This document shows positions 24,781 through 40,200 of a DNA stretch of 64,000 bases, in pieces. Positions within the stretch are counted from its first letter, which is position 1, and each line of letters begins with the position of its first letter. The DNA comes from a virus. The position numbers were made by a program, and so were the translations under genes. Location: the IMG/VR virus record IMGVR_UViG_3300021425_003021, positions 1-64,000 of that record; one strand, written 5' to 3'. The notes below the pieces were generated by a model. That model was not told the DNA's origin. It saw only the letters and a program-made list of their open reading frames with translations, and did no database searches.

Positions 24781-27700
24781 ATGTCAAGTACAGAACGTCA
24801 AAATAGACTTCTATTAGCAGAAGATTGGAAGACAGTTTATCAAAGCTTCAAGTACGCAGATTTCCAAAGTTATGACTTTGACAATCTTCGTAGAACGATG
24901 ATCAATTACATCAGACAAAATTACCCAGAAGATTTCAATGACTATATTGAGAGCAGTGAATATCTTGCATTGATTGATTTGATTGCATTTTTAGGACAAA
25001 ACCTTGCCTTCCGTACTGATTTAAATGCTAGAGAAAATTATCTAGAAACTGCTGAACGCAGAGAAAGTGTATTACGTTTAGCAAGACTAGTTAGCTATAA
25101 TCCTAAAAGAAATCAATCTGCAAATGGTTTGTTAAAGTTTGAAACTGTTAGTACATCAGAAGATGTAATTGACAGTAATGGAACAAATTTAAGCGGTCAA
25201 ACAATATTTTGGAATGATCAAACAAATGCAGATTGGTATGAACAATTTATTAAAATATTAAATGCAGCATTGCCAACAGATTCAAAATTTGGAAAAAGTA
25301 TTAAAAAAGAAACAATTGACAGTGTTTTAACTGAACAATATAGATTTAATGCAACTTCTGGTAACGGATTGCCCATTTACAGTTTTACAAAAAACATTGA
25401 CAGCTTAACAACACAATTTGAAATTGTTAGCACAGGGATTGACAATGAAAAAATTTATGAAGAAGAACCTTTAGCAGGAAATAGACTGGCTTTTGTGTAT
25501 AGAGATGACGGCCAAGGTGCAGGGTCAAACAACAGCGGATTCTTTTTGCATTTTAGACAAGGTACTTTAGAAAACAACACTTTTACAGTGAACAATCCAA
25601 CACCTAATACTACCATTAACATTGATACTGATAATATCAATAATAGTGATATATGGTTATACAAACTAGATAGTAATAACTTAGAATCAGAATTATGGAC
25701 AAAAGTAGATAACATTGAAGGTAACAATATTATCTACAATAGTGTAAGCAAAAATATAAGAAACATATACGGTGTACTAAGCCGTATCCAAGATAGAATA
25801 AGTCTTATCTTCAGTGACGGTACTTTTGGAACATTACCAAAAGGATCCTTTAAAGTATACTATCGTACTAGTAATGCTAGAGACTTTAAAATTGTTCCAT
25901 CTGATTTAACCGGCGTTACAATTAGTATTCCATATACAAGTTCTGCAGGAAAAGTTGAAACACTTTCAATTACCATGGAATTAAAAACGGTAGTTGAAAA
26001 CAGTTCGCCAACCGAGTCAAATGCATCAATTAAAACAAATGCTCCTAGTACTTATTATACACAAAATCGTTTGATCACAGGCGAAGACTATAACGTTGGT
26101 ACGCTCGGCATTAATCAAAATATTATTAAAACAAAAGCAGTTAATCGCACCAGTAGCGGTATCAGCAGATATTTTGATTTACGTGATGCAAGTGGAAAAT
26201 ATAGCAACACTTTGTTGTATAGTGATGACGGTATTTTGTATACAGAAGATTTGAATAACAAATACAGTTTTGATTTTGTAACTAGAAATGATATAGAATC
26301 TGCAATAAACAATATTGTCATTCCTGCTATCAAAGATACAAAACTTTTAAATTATTATTACAAAAACTTTCCAAGAAATGCAACTGTAAAAAATCTTAAT
26401 TTTTCTTGGAACGCTGAAACATTCGATACAAATCGTGCCACAGGATATTTTACAGATACTAATGCAATTGCAATTGCAGTATCTTCATTTACTAAAAGCA
26501 TAATGAGATTTGTTACACCTGGAGCATTATTAAAATTTGAAGCACCTACTAATTACTATTTTGACAAAAATGGAGATTTGGTATTAGGTACTGCTAGTAA
26601 TTCTGGCGATGTAACATACAAGTGGGTAAAAGTTATCAGCATTGATGAAAACGGAACTGTTGTAAATGAGGACACTGGATTAGGTCCAATTGTACTCAAC
26701 GATAAAATACCTACCAATAGTGTATTAGCAGAAATCATTCCAGTATTAGATACAAGTATATCAGATCCTGTTAAAACACAAATTATTGATCAAGCATTTG
26801 CATACAAAACTTTTGGTTTGAGATATGATTTTGAAAACAGCGAATGGCGTGTGATTATTGCAAATAATTTAGATACTTCAAATGATTTTAGCTTAGGTAA
26901 AACAGGCGATAGTACTAACACACAAAGTGATAACAGCTGGATGTTGTTGTTTGAAACTGATGGACAAAAATACACAATTACTTCTAGAGGACGTAGATAT
27001 GTATTTGAAAGTAACGATCAGTTGAGATTTTTCTTTGATAGTACAAACAGAATATATGATAGCAAAACAGGAAATATTGTTTCTGACATAATCAAGGTTT
27101 TGAGTATTAATACAAAACCAGATGCTCTTACACCATTTACAGTGGATTGGCCATGGCAAATTGTTAAAGAATATAAAAACGAAGCTGGATATGTCAACAG
27201 TAAGAAAATTGAAATTAGTTTTTATGATAGCGACAATGATGGCGTTGTAGATGATCCTGATTTATTTGAACATATTGTAGCACCTGAAACTAATAGTAAT
27301 TCTAAGTATGTTTATCAAAAGAAAACAGTTGTTAATAAAACAGAAACATTTAATTACGTAGATGCAAGTAAGGAACCTATATACACAAAAACTAGTCAAG
27401 GTGCAGTAGGTGCATTGAGTCAATACAACGACGGTGATGTATTTTATTTGATTGACAGAGATGTTTTCTTAAAATATAACAAATCAAAAAATGCTTTAGA
27501 ATTTACATCTGATTATTTGGCATTTGTTGGAAGAATTGATATTAAATTTGAATACTCACACGCTGCCGACGAACAGGCTAGAATAGATCCTAGCAGTAGT
27601 AATATTATCGATGTCTATATGCTAACTAAATCTTATGACAATTCGTATAGAGATTATCTCAAAGGAAACATTGATACTAAACCATTACCACCAAGCAGTG

Positions 27701-28233
27701 ATAATTTGTTTTTAAATTACAGTGCAGATGTAAATGCAATTAAAAGTATAAGTGATGATGTAATATATCATCCAGTAAAATATAAACCTATATTTGGTAG
27801 TAAAAGTGATGTAGATTTGCAAGCAACAATTAAAATTGTAAAAAATAATGAAAGAGTTGTAAACGATAACGATGTAAAAAGTCGTGTAATTGATGCAGTG
27901 AACAGTTTTTTTGCACTTGAAAATTGGAACTTTGGCGAAACATTTTATTTCAGTGAATTAGCAACTTACATAATCAATCAATTATCGCCAGATGTTGTAA
28001 GTGTTGTTCTTGTTCCCAAACAAGAAACTCAAAGTTTCGGCAGCTTATATGAAATAAAAAGTGAAAATGATGAAATTTTAATCAGCAGTGCAACAGTTGA
28101 TGATATTGAAATAATAGATGCAATAACACAATCTAGACTAAAAGCATCTGGTTTGGTAGTAACCAGTGACGATATACTTAATGTTGGAGTGCAAAGCTCT
28201 GATGTCAGTTCTAGCGGAGGCGTAAATTACTAA
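24781..28233 (+). CDS. gp6: Baseplate wedge subunit (gp6-like)
   Basis: DFDNLRRTMINYIR..FNDY.ESS..LIDLIA..ENYLETAERRESVLRLA..SYNPKR; ESNASIKTNAP..YTQNRLITGEDY. Confidence 0.9.
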   Translation: MSSTERQNRLLLAEDWKTVYQSFKYADFQSYDFDNLRRTMINYIRQNYPEDFNDYIESSEYLALIDLIAFLGQNLAFRTDLNARENYLETAERRESVLRLARLVSYNPKRNQSANGLLKFETVSTSEDVIDSNGTNLSGQTIFWNDQTNADWYEQFIKILNAALPTDSKFGKSIKKETIDSVLTEQYRFNATSGNGLPIYSFTKNIDSLTTQFEIVSTGIDNEKIYEEEPLAGNRLAFVYRDDGQGAGSNNSGFFLHFRQGTLENNTFTVNNPTPNTTINIDTDNINNSDIWLYKLDSNNLESELWTKVDNIEGNNIIYNSVSKNIRNIYGVLSRIQDRISLIFSDGTFGTLPKGSFKVYYRTSNARDFKIVPSDLTGVTISIPYTSSAGKVETLSITMELKTVVENSSPTESNASIKTNAPSTYYTQNRLITGEDYNVGTLGINQNIIKTKAVNRTSSGISRYFDLRDASGKYSNTLLYSDDGILYTEDLNNKYSFDFVTRNDIESAINNIVIPAIKDTKLLNYYYKNFPRNATVKNLNFSWNAETFDTNRATGYFTDTNAIAIAVSSFTKSIMRFVTPGALLKFEAPTNYYFDKNGDLVLGTASNSGDVTYKWVKVISIDENGTVVNEDTGLGPIVLNDKIPTNSVLAEIIPVLDTSISDPVKTQIIDQAFAYKTFGLRYDFENSEWRVIIANNLDTSNDFSLGKTGDSTNTQSDNSWMLLFETDGQKYTITSRGRRYVFESNDQLRFFFDSTNRIYDSKTGNIVSDIIKVLSINTKPDALTPFTVDWPWQIVKEYKNEAGYVNSKKIEISFYDSDNDGVVDDPDLFEHIVAPETNSNSKYVYQKKTVVNKTETFNYVDASKEPIYTKTSQGAVGALSQYNDGDVFYLIDRDVFLKYNKSKNALEFTSDYLAFVGRIDIKFEYSHAADEQARIDPSSSNIIDVYMLTKSYDNSYRDYLKGNIDTKPLPPSSDNLFLNYSADVNAIKSISDDVIYHPVKYKPIFGSKSDVDLQATIKIVKNNERVVNDNDVKSRVIDAVNSFFALENWNFGETFYFSELATYIINQLSPDVVSVVLVPKQETQSFGSLYEIKSENDEILISSATVDDIEIIDAITQSRLKASGLVVTSDDILNVGVQSSDVSSSGGVNY

Positions 28234-31200
28234 TGGCTTACAATGACGATCAAAACGAATATCCATTGCCAGCAGGAAACAATAAAAAAAGAACTAGTGT
28301 AGAACAATTACCTAGATTTTTTCGAACTCCTCAAAACAAGAAGTTTTTATCAAGTACATTAGATCAATTAACAAATCCTGGTGTAATTGAAAAAATCAAC
28401 GGATTCGTCGGCAAACGTGAAGCAAAAGCTGTTTCTGTTTTAGACAACTACTTAGACGATGTAACCAAAGAAAGACAAGACTATCAGTTTGAGCCAGTAA
28501 GTGTATATGAAGATTTTTTAGGATCTACAAAGTATTACGCAGATTACAATGATTATATAGGTTTGCTGAAAACATATAATGCAAATACAAATAACCACAG
28601 TGCATTAAATGAACAAGAGTATTATGCGTGGAACCCTAATATTAATCTTGATAAGTTTGTAAATTTTAGAGAATATTATTGGTTACCAAACGGTCCGCAA
28701 GAAGTTGCAGTGCCAGGACAAAGCAACCAAGTTGTAAGCACTTACAGAGTAGAAGTTCTTGAACAAGATAATGATATTTCTCTAGTATTTTATCCTGATG
28801 GATTAACCAAAAATCCTAATTTAAATTTATATAGAGGACAAACATATCGTTTTGAAATAAATTCGCCAAATAACCCATTGACTATTGCGCTGTATAGAGG
28901 AGTTGATCCTAACGAAAGACTTGATGATAGTTCAATTTTAAATCAAACTTATACAGAAGGTGTAACATTAATTCCTGATCCAGATGATACTCTTTTAAAC
29001 CAACAAGATTTTGTATCTGACGATTATATTGAAAAAGGCGTTTTAGAATTTACTATTCCTGAGAATGCACCAGATACACTTTATTTTGTCAGCCAGTATG
29101 ATTTGAATATTAGCACAAGATTGATTATTGCTGATATAAGTGAAAATAGTTCTATTGATGTAGAAAATGAAATTATTGGTAAAAAAACATATACCACATC
29201 TGATGGTTGGAAATTCAGTAACGGAATGAAAGTGTATTTTACCGGAAATGTTGTTCCTGAAAAATATGCAAGTGGTATTTACTATGTTGACGGCGTCGGT
29301 GACGAAATCAAATTAATTTCTACAGAAGATTTACAGGTTCCTGCCATTTTTACAAATGATTCAAAAATTCCATTTGATGCTAATGGATTTGATCGTGTGC
29401 CGTTTAGTGATGCAAAAAGTTTTGCAGGAACAAAAGATTATATTGTTGTTAATAAAGCAAGTGCTGATAGAAATCCTTGGGCAAGATATAACAGATGGTT
29501 CCATAAAGATGTCATTACAAAAAGTGCAGACCTTAACAATCAACCTGCTGTCTTAGACGAAAGTCAAAGAGCAAAACGTCCTATTATTGAATTTGACAAA
29601 GGATTAAAATTATTTAATTTTGGATCTAAAGCAAAAACTAACATTGATTTGATTGATACTTACACAAATGATGTAAAATCAAAAATTGAAGGACAGCCTG
29701 GATATAGTATCGACGGCGTAGAGCTTGCTGAAGGAATGAGAGTCATGTTCACTGCTGATGCTGATTCTTTTGTTTATGGTAAGATTTTTCAGGTTAAGTT
29801 TTTTGAATTCAAAGGCAATTCACAAATTAGTTTAGTAGAGACAGACGATACAATTCCTTACGAAAATGAAACTGTATTGATTACTTCTGGTAATAATAAT
29901 GCAGGAAATATGTACTGGTATGATGGATCACAATGGAAACTAGGTCAGGCTAAGACAGGAATAAATCAAGCACCTAAATTTGATTTATGTGACGAAGATG
30001 GAAATAGCTTCAGTGATGATATTATATATCCTAACACCGATTTTACCGGTAACAGAGTTTTTGATTATAGATTAGGAGAAGGCATAAACGATAGCGAATT
30101 GGGATTTCCTTTAACATATAAAAATATCAATAACACAGGTGATATATTATTCAATTTTAGTTTGCTATCTGAAGATTTTACATATGAAGTATTGAATACT
30201 GTAATCACAAAAAAGACATCAACTGGATTTTTAAAGAAATATGACATTGACGGTAACAATTTTGAATACATAAATGGTTGGATAAAAGCACCTATGTTGA
30301 GTAAACAGTATGTAATTAGAAAGTATACTGGACAAGAAAGAACAAATGGTTTTAAAGTTGATGTTTTTGATCAAAGTGCTTTGCTAGATGATTTAAAAGT
30401 TGTTGTGTATGTAAATAACTTGCTTAAATCAAACGGAGTTGATTATTCTTTAGCAGCAGACAGTAATAACAATCGTATAATTAATTTTGGGAATGATCTT
30501 AATGTAGATGACGTTTTAGTAATCAAGGCACATTCAAAAGCATCAAAAAATTCTAAAGGGTATTACGAAACAGCTCACAACTTTGAAAGAAATCCATTAA
30601 ATCATGATATTACAGAATTTACATTAGGCGAAGTTACTGATCATTTAGATAGTGCAGTAATCGAAATAGAAAGTTTTCAAGGAAATCAACCTGGATCTAA
30701 CAACTTAAGAGATCTTGGAGATATTAAACCATTTGGTAGAAAATTTGTTCAACATTCTGGTCCTATTAATTTACCACTGTTTTGTATTTCTAACAAGGAA
30801 AATAATCTTGTTGCATCATTGAACTTTGCTAAAAATGAATACAGCAAATTTAAAAGAGCATTTATTCAAGAAGCAGAAAATATAGATATTTCTGGTAGCG
30901 TTAAAGAGCAAGTTGATCAAGTATTGTTATCATTGGCAAAAGATAAAAAATCAACAATGCCGTTTTATAAATCGGATATGTTAGGCATAGGTGCGTCAAA
31001 AAAGATTGAGCATATTGTATTAGATCCTGATTTAAAGTTTTATGCACTTAGTAATGTTTTTACATTGACTACTTTAAGCGAAAAAGCAGTTAGTGTTTAT
31101 GTTAATGATACACAGGTTTGTCATGGTTTGGATTATACTTTTACTAATGAAGGTTTTATACAATTTGTCGACACATTCAATTTGCAAGAAGATGATCGAA

Positions 31201-34200
31201 TTGACATTTTTGAATATGAAACTACAAATGGTAGTTACATTCCTCAAACTCCAACAAAGCTAGGACTTTATCCAGCATATAAACCTGAAATCTTTGTTGA
31301 TACGACTTATAAAACAAATCAAACTGTTATCAGAGGTCACGACGGAAGTATTGTAATTGCTTATGAAGATTATAGAGACGAATTGTTGCTAGAATTGGAA
31401 AAAAGATTTTACAATAATATTAAAGTTTCTTACGATACTAGTGTGTTTGACATATATGACTACATTAGCGGCGAATATAGAAATAGTAAAGTTTCTAAAC
31501 AAGATCTAAATAGAATTTTAATTGGAGATTTTATAAAATGGGCGTCTAAAGCTGGCAATCCTGATTATACCGATAATAGTTTTGTACAAGAAACACAAAC
31601 ATTTACATATAACTATGGATTTGGAAGTAGTAAAAATAACAAACCGTTATCTGGATTCTGGCGTGGAATTTATATGGATGCATATGACACTGACAGTCCT
31701 AATTTACGTCCTTGGGAAATGCTTGGATTTAGTGTTAAACCTAGTTGGTGGGAATCCAAGTATGGTCCTGCACCTTATACAAAAGACAATTTAGTTTTAT
31801 GGAATGATTTAGAAAAAGGTATAATCAGATCTTCAGACACATTACGTACAGATAAAAGATTTATTCGTCCGGGTTTGACAAAACATATTCCTGTTGACAG
31901 TAGTGGAAATATTGTAAGTCCATTAAACAGTGGTTATGTAAATGAATTTAGTTTTGCAATTCAAAATGGTAAATCATTTAAATTTGGTGATCATACGCCG
32001 GCAGAAACTGCTTGGAGACGTAGTAGTGAATATCCATTTGCATTGTTAAAAGCAATTATGCTGAATCGTCCGGCGCAAGTTGTTGGAGTTGCATTTGATA
32101 AATCAAGAATCAAAAGGAACATTAATGGACAGATTGTTTATCAAGGTGACGAAAGTAGAAGATTAAAATTATCAAATCTCAAATTTGTCAATAGCGACAC
32201 AAGAAACAATGTCCTTACTGGCGGATTAGTAAATTACATTTATGATTATATGTCTAGCGATGTAACAACTCAGTACGAAAATTTTACAACAAAATTAACA
32301 AATCTAAAACAAAAAATTGCATTTAAACTAGGCGGATTTGCCGACAAAGAAAAACTTAAATTAGTCCTTGATAGTAAAAATCCTAGCAATAAAGGAAATG
32401 TATTTGTTCCATTTGAAAACTATAAAATTGACCTAATTGAAAGTTCTCCTCTACAAACTATTACGTACAGTGGAGTTATTATAGAAAAACAAACAAACGG
32501 TTTTAAAATATCAGGATACGACAGAGAAAATCCTGTGTTTACATACAGTACTCCTATTGTTTCAAACAACGATATTAGTATAAATGTAGGCGGTATCAGC
32601 GAAAGTTTCTTATTTTGGTCTGAGAATAAGCAATATGTTGCTGGAAAAATTGTTAGATACCAAAACAACTATTATAGAGTGAATATTAATCATACTACCG
32701 CAGATGTGTTTGATCCAAGTTTTTATACTCCTTTAAAAGAGCTGCCTGTAATAGGCGGTGCTACTGGAACTTTGAGAAAAAATTTCAGTAATGTTACAGC
32801 TACATTAGATTATGGAACAGTTTTATCAACAAAACAAGAAGTAGTAGATTTTATTCAAGGATACGATCATTATTTAAAATCGCAAGGCTTTGTTTTTGAT
32901 TATTTTAATAGAGAAACAGAAGCTGTTGAAAATTGGGTTTTGAGTGTTAAAGAATTTTTATTTTATACTACACAAAACTGGGCAGTGGGCACAATTATTG
33001 CATTAAGTCCTGCTGCAAATAGTTTGAACTTCTTCAAAGAATATTATGTAATTGATAATGTAAAAGAAAATATTTTTAATTATAAAATTTTAAATTTAGA
33101 TGGAACAGCAATCAAGGATATTAATATTTCTATCAATAGAGACTCTGGTAACGCTGTGGAAATTTTGCCAGCTACTGCTGAGGATGGAATTTATTTTTGC
33201 AAGTTAGGATTGGTTCAAAAAGATCATTCTGTAATTTTAGACAACACCACAGTATTCAATGATACGATATACAGTCCGTCTAGTGGATATAGACAAGAGC
33301 GTATAAAAGTTGTAGGTTATAGAACAGACGAGTGGAATGGTAATCTCAATATTCCAGGATTTATTTACGATCAAGCCGATGTTACAGAATGGGAACAGTG
33401 GAAAGATTATGCACTAGGTGATTTAGTAAAGTATAAAGAATTTTATTATAGTGCAAACACATTTGTCAGTGGTTCTGCAGATTTTGAAATCAATAATTGG
33501 AATAGACTTGATGAGAAACCAGAAAGCGGATTAAAAACCAACTTTGATTACAAAGCCAATCAATTTGCTGATTTTTATGATTTGGATACTGATAACTTTG
33601 ATAGCGAGCAACAAAGACTTGCCCAGCACTTAATTGGATATCAAAAACGTGAGTATTTAAATAATATTATAGAAGATGATATAAGTCAATACAAATTTTA
33701 TCAAGGGTTTATACAAGAAAAAGGCACACTCAATTCTTTAACAAAATTGTTTGATAAACTAGGCAGCGCAGATAAAGAAAGTTTAGAATTTTACGAAGAA
33801 TGGGCAATTAGAAATGCACAGTATGGTGCTACTGATGTGTTTGACGAATTGGAATACAAATTAGATGAAACTAAATTCCGTATTGAACCTCAAATTATAG
33901 AATTAGTAAACACTGTCAATAACAATAGAACTGATTTGGTTTACGAAATTCCAGAATCAAAAGTTTATATCAAACCTGAAAATTATTCAACAACTCCTTT
34001 CCCTCAAAAATGGAGCACAGAAGAATATACAAAGACAGCAGGGTATGTTAGTTTAGATCAGGTTGATTTTATTGCAAAAACTCCTACTGATATTCTTGCC
34101 TTAGATATTAACAATGTGCGTATTGATGATATTATTTGGGTAACATCTGAAAAGAACAGTTGGAATGTGTATCAACACATTTTAGTACCAAACAGAGTTT

Positions 34201-37200
34201 TGAGTTTTACAAAAACTGATACAGGGTTTGATTTACAGTTTGATTCTATCCCTGAAATTGAAGCTGGTGAAATATTTGGTTTAAAATTTGTTGATGACGG
34301 AGTAGATGGTTTTTACAAAGCAGCGACAGTTTCAAGCACTGTCGTATCTGTAACAGCTGATGTGACTAGTGAAGATTTTTACGATTTAAGTGACAGTACT
34401 AATGGTGCTATTACTAAATTATTATCAAAACGTTATGATACTCCTGATGGTGTAAACAATGACCTAAACACTTATGGATTAAACAAAAATAATAAAATTT
34501 GGATAGACAATGTATCAGATAATAAATTTGGTGTATTTGAAAACAACAAAATTTTTGACGGAAAAGACGAAATTATAAATCGTGAAGCAGGCGACAGTGA
34601 CTTTGGCAGTTCTTTTGCAGTAAATGACGTTAACAGTATTTTTGCTGTAGGCAAGCCAGAAGATCAAAAAATTTACATTTACACTAGATCTAGCGAATCT
34701 TTGCGTTTGAACTTTATTCAAGAAATCGAAATGCCAGTGGGTTATCATGACAATGCTAGTGGATTTGGACAAAAAATTAAGTTTTCATACGATGGACAAT
34801 TTATGTTTGTTGCAGCACCATTGGCAAGCAATGTAAAAACAAAATACAAAGGCGAAGCAGAATCTGCATTTCCAATTCTAGCAGGCGATATTGTCAGTGA
34901 TAGAGGAACATTGTGGCAAGCAAAAGTTGATACCGAAGATGATAGTAGTAGTATAAATGTTAACAGCCAAGATTGGAAACAAGTTTATAAAATTCCAGCA
35001 GATGTAGACGGATCGTCTAGTGGTTTATCTAATCAAGGGGTTGTTTATGTCTACAAAAAACAATTAGACAATTCTTATTATTTACTAGAACAGTTTGTAT
35101 CAAACGAACCTACAGCAAATGAAAAGTTTGGTATAGGTTTGGAAACAGCATTTACTACAGACGAAATATACAAATTATATGTACGCAGTGAAGGAAATAA
35201 TGGCAGAGTTTACATATATGATACAACATACTTGAATCTATCTTTTGAAGGAACAGTGGATCCGCTATTTAGAGGATCGCACGATAATTTTCATTCTTAT
35301 GTAAAAAATGAAATAGTTCAATTCCAAAATTCATTATTTAGAGCATTGGTAGACATTCCATCAGGCGGGAACGATCCAACTGATATTACACTATGGATAG
35401 AAATAGAAGCAAACATTGACAGATTTGGGTTCTTGCCTTATAGCAACACTATTGAAGGTGACAACGATAGTACTGCATTTAACAACACAAATCAAGCAGG
35501 TAAAAATATTGATGTAAGTTCCAATGGAGAAGTGTTAACTTTTACTGCTTATAATACTGTAACAGAAGAATACCAGGTAAATGTATACAGAATAGAAGAA
35601 GGTAGGTATGCATTTTATGAAGTTATTACTGCGCCACAGACTGATATATTATGGGGCGAAAGTTTAGCAATTAGTGATGATGGAAAATATATTGCAGTAG
35701 GTGCAAATTCTGCCGATGTATCAAGTGATAGAAATACAGGAATTGACAAAGGTTTAGTTTACATTTACAAATACAATGATACTTCACTCAGTTTTGTTAA
35801 TACACAAACTTTACAAGCACCTAACTCTACAAAAAATGAAAGATTTGGTTATAAGCTAGATTTTAGCGATGACAAACTTTGTGTTATTGGCATAAATGGC
35901 TTAAACGTAGGAAGCACACTATTTGATAACGATGAAACAATCTTTGATAATAGATCAACTCAATTATTTGATTTTTCAACTAAGCGTCCACAAGCATACA
36001 CTTATGAATTATTAAATGACATTTATACAGTCTCTGAAGTTTTAGATTATGAATCTTACTATGAAGATCCGGTTACACTTCAGAAATTAGAAAGAGACTT
36101 GTCTTTAGCAGATGATGTAGAACTTGTGTATCAAAAAAATCATCTTTATTTAGGATTTAAAGGTTTAGATACAGGCGATAATAAAACTGGACTAATTTTT
36201 GATTTAAGAGCAGACAGAGATGTTACTAATTGGAATACTTTAGGTGCAGCAACTGATTTTCTTGATTATGAAAAAATGCGTGGTGCATTTTTATATGACA
36301 ATGTAACCAGCGACTTAATAACATACATCGACTTTATAGATCCTATACAAGGAAAAATTGCAAATGCTGCTGAACGAGAATTAAAATACAAACTGTATTA
36401 TGATCCGGCTGTATATAACATAGGTAGTACTTCGACAGGTTTGGTAAATCCATGGGGTAGCGAAAGTGTTGGAGATTTGTTATGGGATTTAAGTGCTGTA
36501 AAGTGGTATAATCCTTATCAGAAAAATAGTGAATATAGTGCAAATACTTGGAATAAAATAATTCCAGGATATAGTGTTGACATTTACGAGTGGGTTGAAA
36601 GCGATTTGCTACCAGAAGAATGGGACGAAATTGCAGATACAACAGAAGGTCTTGCACAAGGTGTTAGCGGACTTTCAAGATATGGAAATACACGGTATGT
36701 AAGAAAGAATGTTTACGATCCGATATCTGGATTATTTTCTGCAAAGTATTACTATTGGGTTAAAAATTCTAAAGTCTTGCCTGCTATTGAAACAAGAAAT
36801 CTTTCAGCATCTGCTGTTTCATCGCTAATAGAAGATCCAGCAGGCAACGGATATAGATTCCTTGCAATGTTTGGATCAGATAATTTTGCAATTTATAATT
36901 GTAGAAGTTTAATTAAAGACGAAGATACAATTTTACATTTTGAATATTATAAAACAGAAGAAGTAAAAATAAACAATTTGCATAGAGAATATAATCTTTT
37001 AACAGAAGGTTTAGCAACAAGTCAACCAAATGATAGATTGGTAAACAAATGGATTGATAGTTTAGTTGGTTACGATGAACAAAAAACATTACTACCAGTT
37101 ACAACACTAAGTCCGGCTAGAAGATATGGCATACTTGACCAGCCTTTGCAAACTATGTTTGTCAATAGAACCGAAGCACTAAAACAAGTTATTGAAAGAA

Positions 37201-40200
37201 TTAATTTAGTTTTAGCAAAAAATCTTATTGTTGACGAATATGATATTAGTAAATTAAGCAGTAAAGATCCTGTTCCTAATACTGTGTCTCGAGAATACGA
37301 TACTATTGTTGAAAACGAAACACTATTACGTTTTGTTGGAACATCTAAAATAAAACAAGCAGTGTTGGATGTAGAAATTACCGATGGCAGATTAACTAAC
37401 GTTGAGATTACTGAGCCTGGTAGAGGATATATTGACCCTGCATTTGATAGTACAAAAGATACAAAACGCAGAGGTCCTAAAGTAACAATTCAAGGTACAG
37501 GCACAGGTGCTAAAATAGAAACATTTATAAACAATCTTGGACAAGTTATTGAAGCAAATATTGTAAATGCAGGTAAAAATTATAGTAATACTACTGTGAT
37601 TACAGTCAGACCGTTTACTGCACTTATACAAACTGATACTACATTACTAGGTTTCTGGTCAACATATATTTGGAATACTACAGAAAAAGAATGGGTACGA
37701 GTAAACAACCAAGGATATGATGCAAGTTTATATTGGCAATATATCGATTGGTATGCCGAAGGTTATAGTTCAGAAACTGCAATTGATTATCTTGTTCCTG
37801 GTAGTTATGCACTTGGCGGACTAGAAGATAACTTAGGCGATATTGTAAAAATAGAAAGCATAGGCACAGGCGGTTGGTTACTGTTGCGTAAAATTGACAA
37901 TCAATTAGAAGTTGATTACACAGTTAACTATGAAACTATTGGTAGACAAAACGGTACGTTAGAATTTAGTCGTTTATTATACAGCAACGAAAAGTTTGGC
38001 TTTGATAAAGCAGTTTATGACAGTGCTTTGTATGATAGAGATGCTGGCGAAGAAGTGCGTATAATTTTGAATGCAATTCAAGACGATATTTTTGTTGATG
38101 AATTAGCAGTTGAATGGAACAAGTTGTTCTTTAGTAGTGTGAGATATGCACTTAGCGAACAACCTAATATAGATTGGATATTTAAAACTGCATTTATCAA
38201 AGCAAAACACAATGTTGGCGCTCTTGAACAAAAAACAACATATAAGAGTGATAGTTTAGAAAGTTACAATGAGTATGTTAACGAGGTCAAACCCTACAGC
38301 ACTAAATTAAGAGAATTTGTAAGTGCTTATGAAAATATAGATCCTACACAAACTGTAGTTAGTGATTTTGATTTACCTCCTCGTTATGATGTAAACGCTG
38401 CTAAAATTATTTCTGAAAATCCGCAGGTGATTGACAGCGAAATTAGGAACTACAGTTCTTTTGTAACCACATATCCACAACGTAACTGGTTTGATAATGT
38501 TGGTTTTGAAATTACAGATATTAAAATTATTTCAGGTGGATCAGGATGGACTTCTTCACCTAAAGTAACAATCAGCGGCGGTGGCGGTCCTACTATTACA
38601 GGTAGGACTACATTGAGCGGTGATAAAATCACAGGTATTGTTGTAGATACAAGTAAAGCCAAATACATAACAACTCCTGATATTACATTTAGTGGAGACC
38701 AAACTGACGGCACTGATGCTAGAGCAATTGCTTACTTAGGAAATTCACCTGTAAGATCAACACATATGTTGATCAAGTTTGACAGAATTACAGGATCGTA
38801 TTTTGTGACAGATCTTGATGTCACAGAAAACTTTGTCGGAACAGGATCAAAAATTGAATTTGTTTTAAAGTGGCCAATGAATTTAACACCTTCTAAGACA
38901 AAAATACTTGTTAATGGAGTTGAACAATTATCAAATGCCTATTCTGTAGAAAATGTATTAGATGACACAGTCAATTACACAAGATACTATGGTAAAATTG
39001 TGTTTACTGTTGCACCAGAAAATAATGCAGTTATCGTAGTTGAATATGACAAAGATGTCAACTATTTAAGTGCAGCTGATAGAATTAATTTCTTCTACAA
39101 TCCGGAAACAGGGCAATTTGGTAAAGAACTAGCACAACTTATGGACGGTGTAGACTATGGTGGTGTACAAATAGACACAGCATTCTTTGGAGGAAAAACA
39201 GGTTTTGACAACGGTGACTTGTTTGGTTCAACTGAATTTGATGTATTCAATGGCAACGCAGAAGATGAAATTTTCCTACTAGATGGAAGCACCAAAACAA
39301 TTACAGTAAGTGAACCTTTTGAATCTGGTGTTGAGTATAACATTTATTATAAATCTGCTACTGCCGGATTAAATGATAATCCGATAAGGATAGACGATCC
39401 GGATTACGGTCAACCTTCATTACAAAACGACGATGCTATCATGGTTACTATTGTAGGTGATGGAATAACCAGCACTTTTGAAATTGATGAAGATCAGTTA
39501 GTAACTAAAGATGGCGATACTATTATAGTTAGAAAAGCAACTAGTGATGGATCGGTTACACCATCTGGTGTAGTATTTGACACACAATTAACAGGTGGCG
39601 ATTTAACCAACATAGCTGGTAAATTTTCAACTGCAACTGGTATAGATTCGGGCGATATTGTAATTGACGGTGATGACTTTGTTTCTGCTGCTTCAAATCG
39701 TGGCCCTGAAGAAAATGTTCCAGGACAAATTTTAGATACAGTTGATATACAGGTTTTTGAACGTGTGAACAAAGGACAGGGTGCTATTACTGTACAAAAT
39801 TTCAGAACCGATGGTATAAGTGCAGAATATACTGTAGAAAATTTACCTGCAACACAAGACAGTGTTATTGTAAAATTAGACAATGTTGTTTTAGATCCAT
39901 CGCAGTATGAAATTGATTATGTAGAAAAAGTTTTAAGAATTAGTGATAGTTCTTTATTACCAGTTGGTAAACATTTATCATTGTTAACAATAGGTACAAA
40001 CGGATCTAATATCATAGAAAGTGATACATTTACAGGTGATGGTAGAACTGATACATTTATTACATATTACAAATTTGAACAAAATATAACAGCAGTTGTT
40101 GCTATAGACGGAGTAGTGACTACAAACTTTGCTTTAGACAAGTCAGGACCAGAATACGGAGATAATGCTAACAAAGTAATGATTATGTTAGGAGATCCTC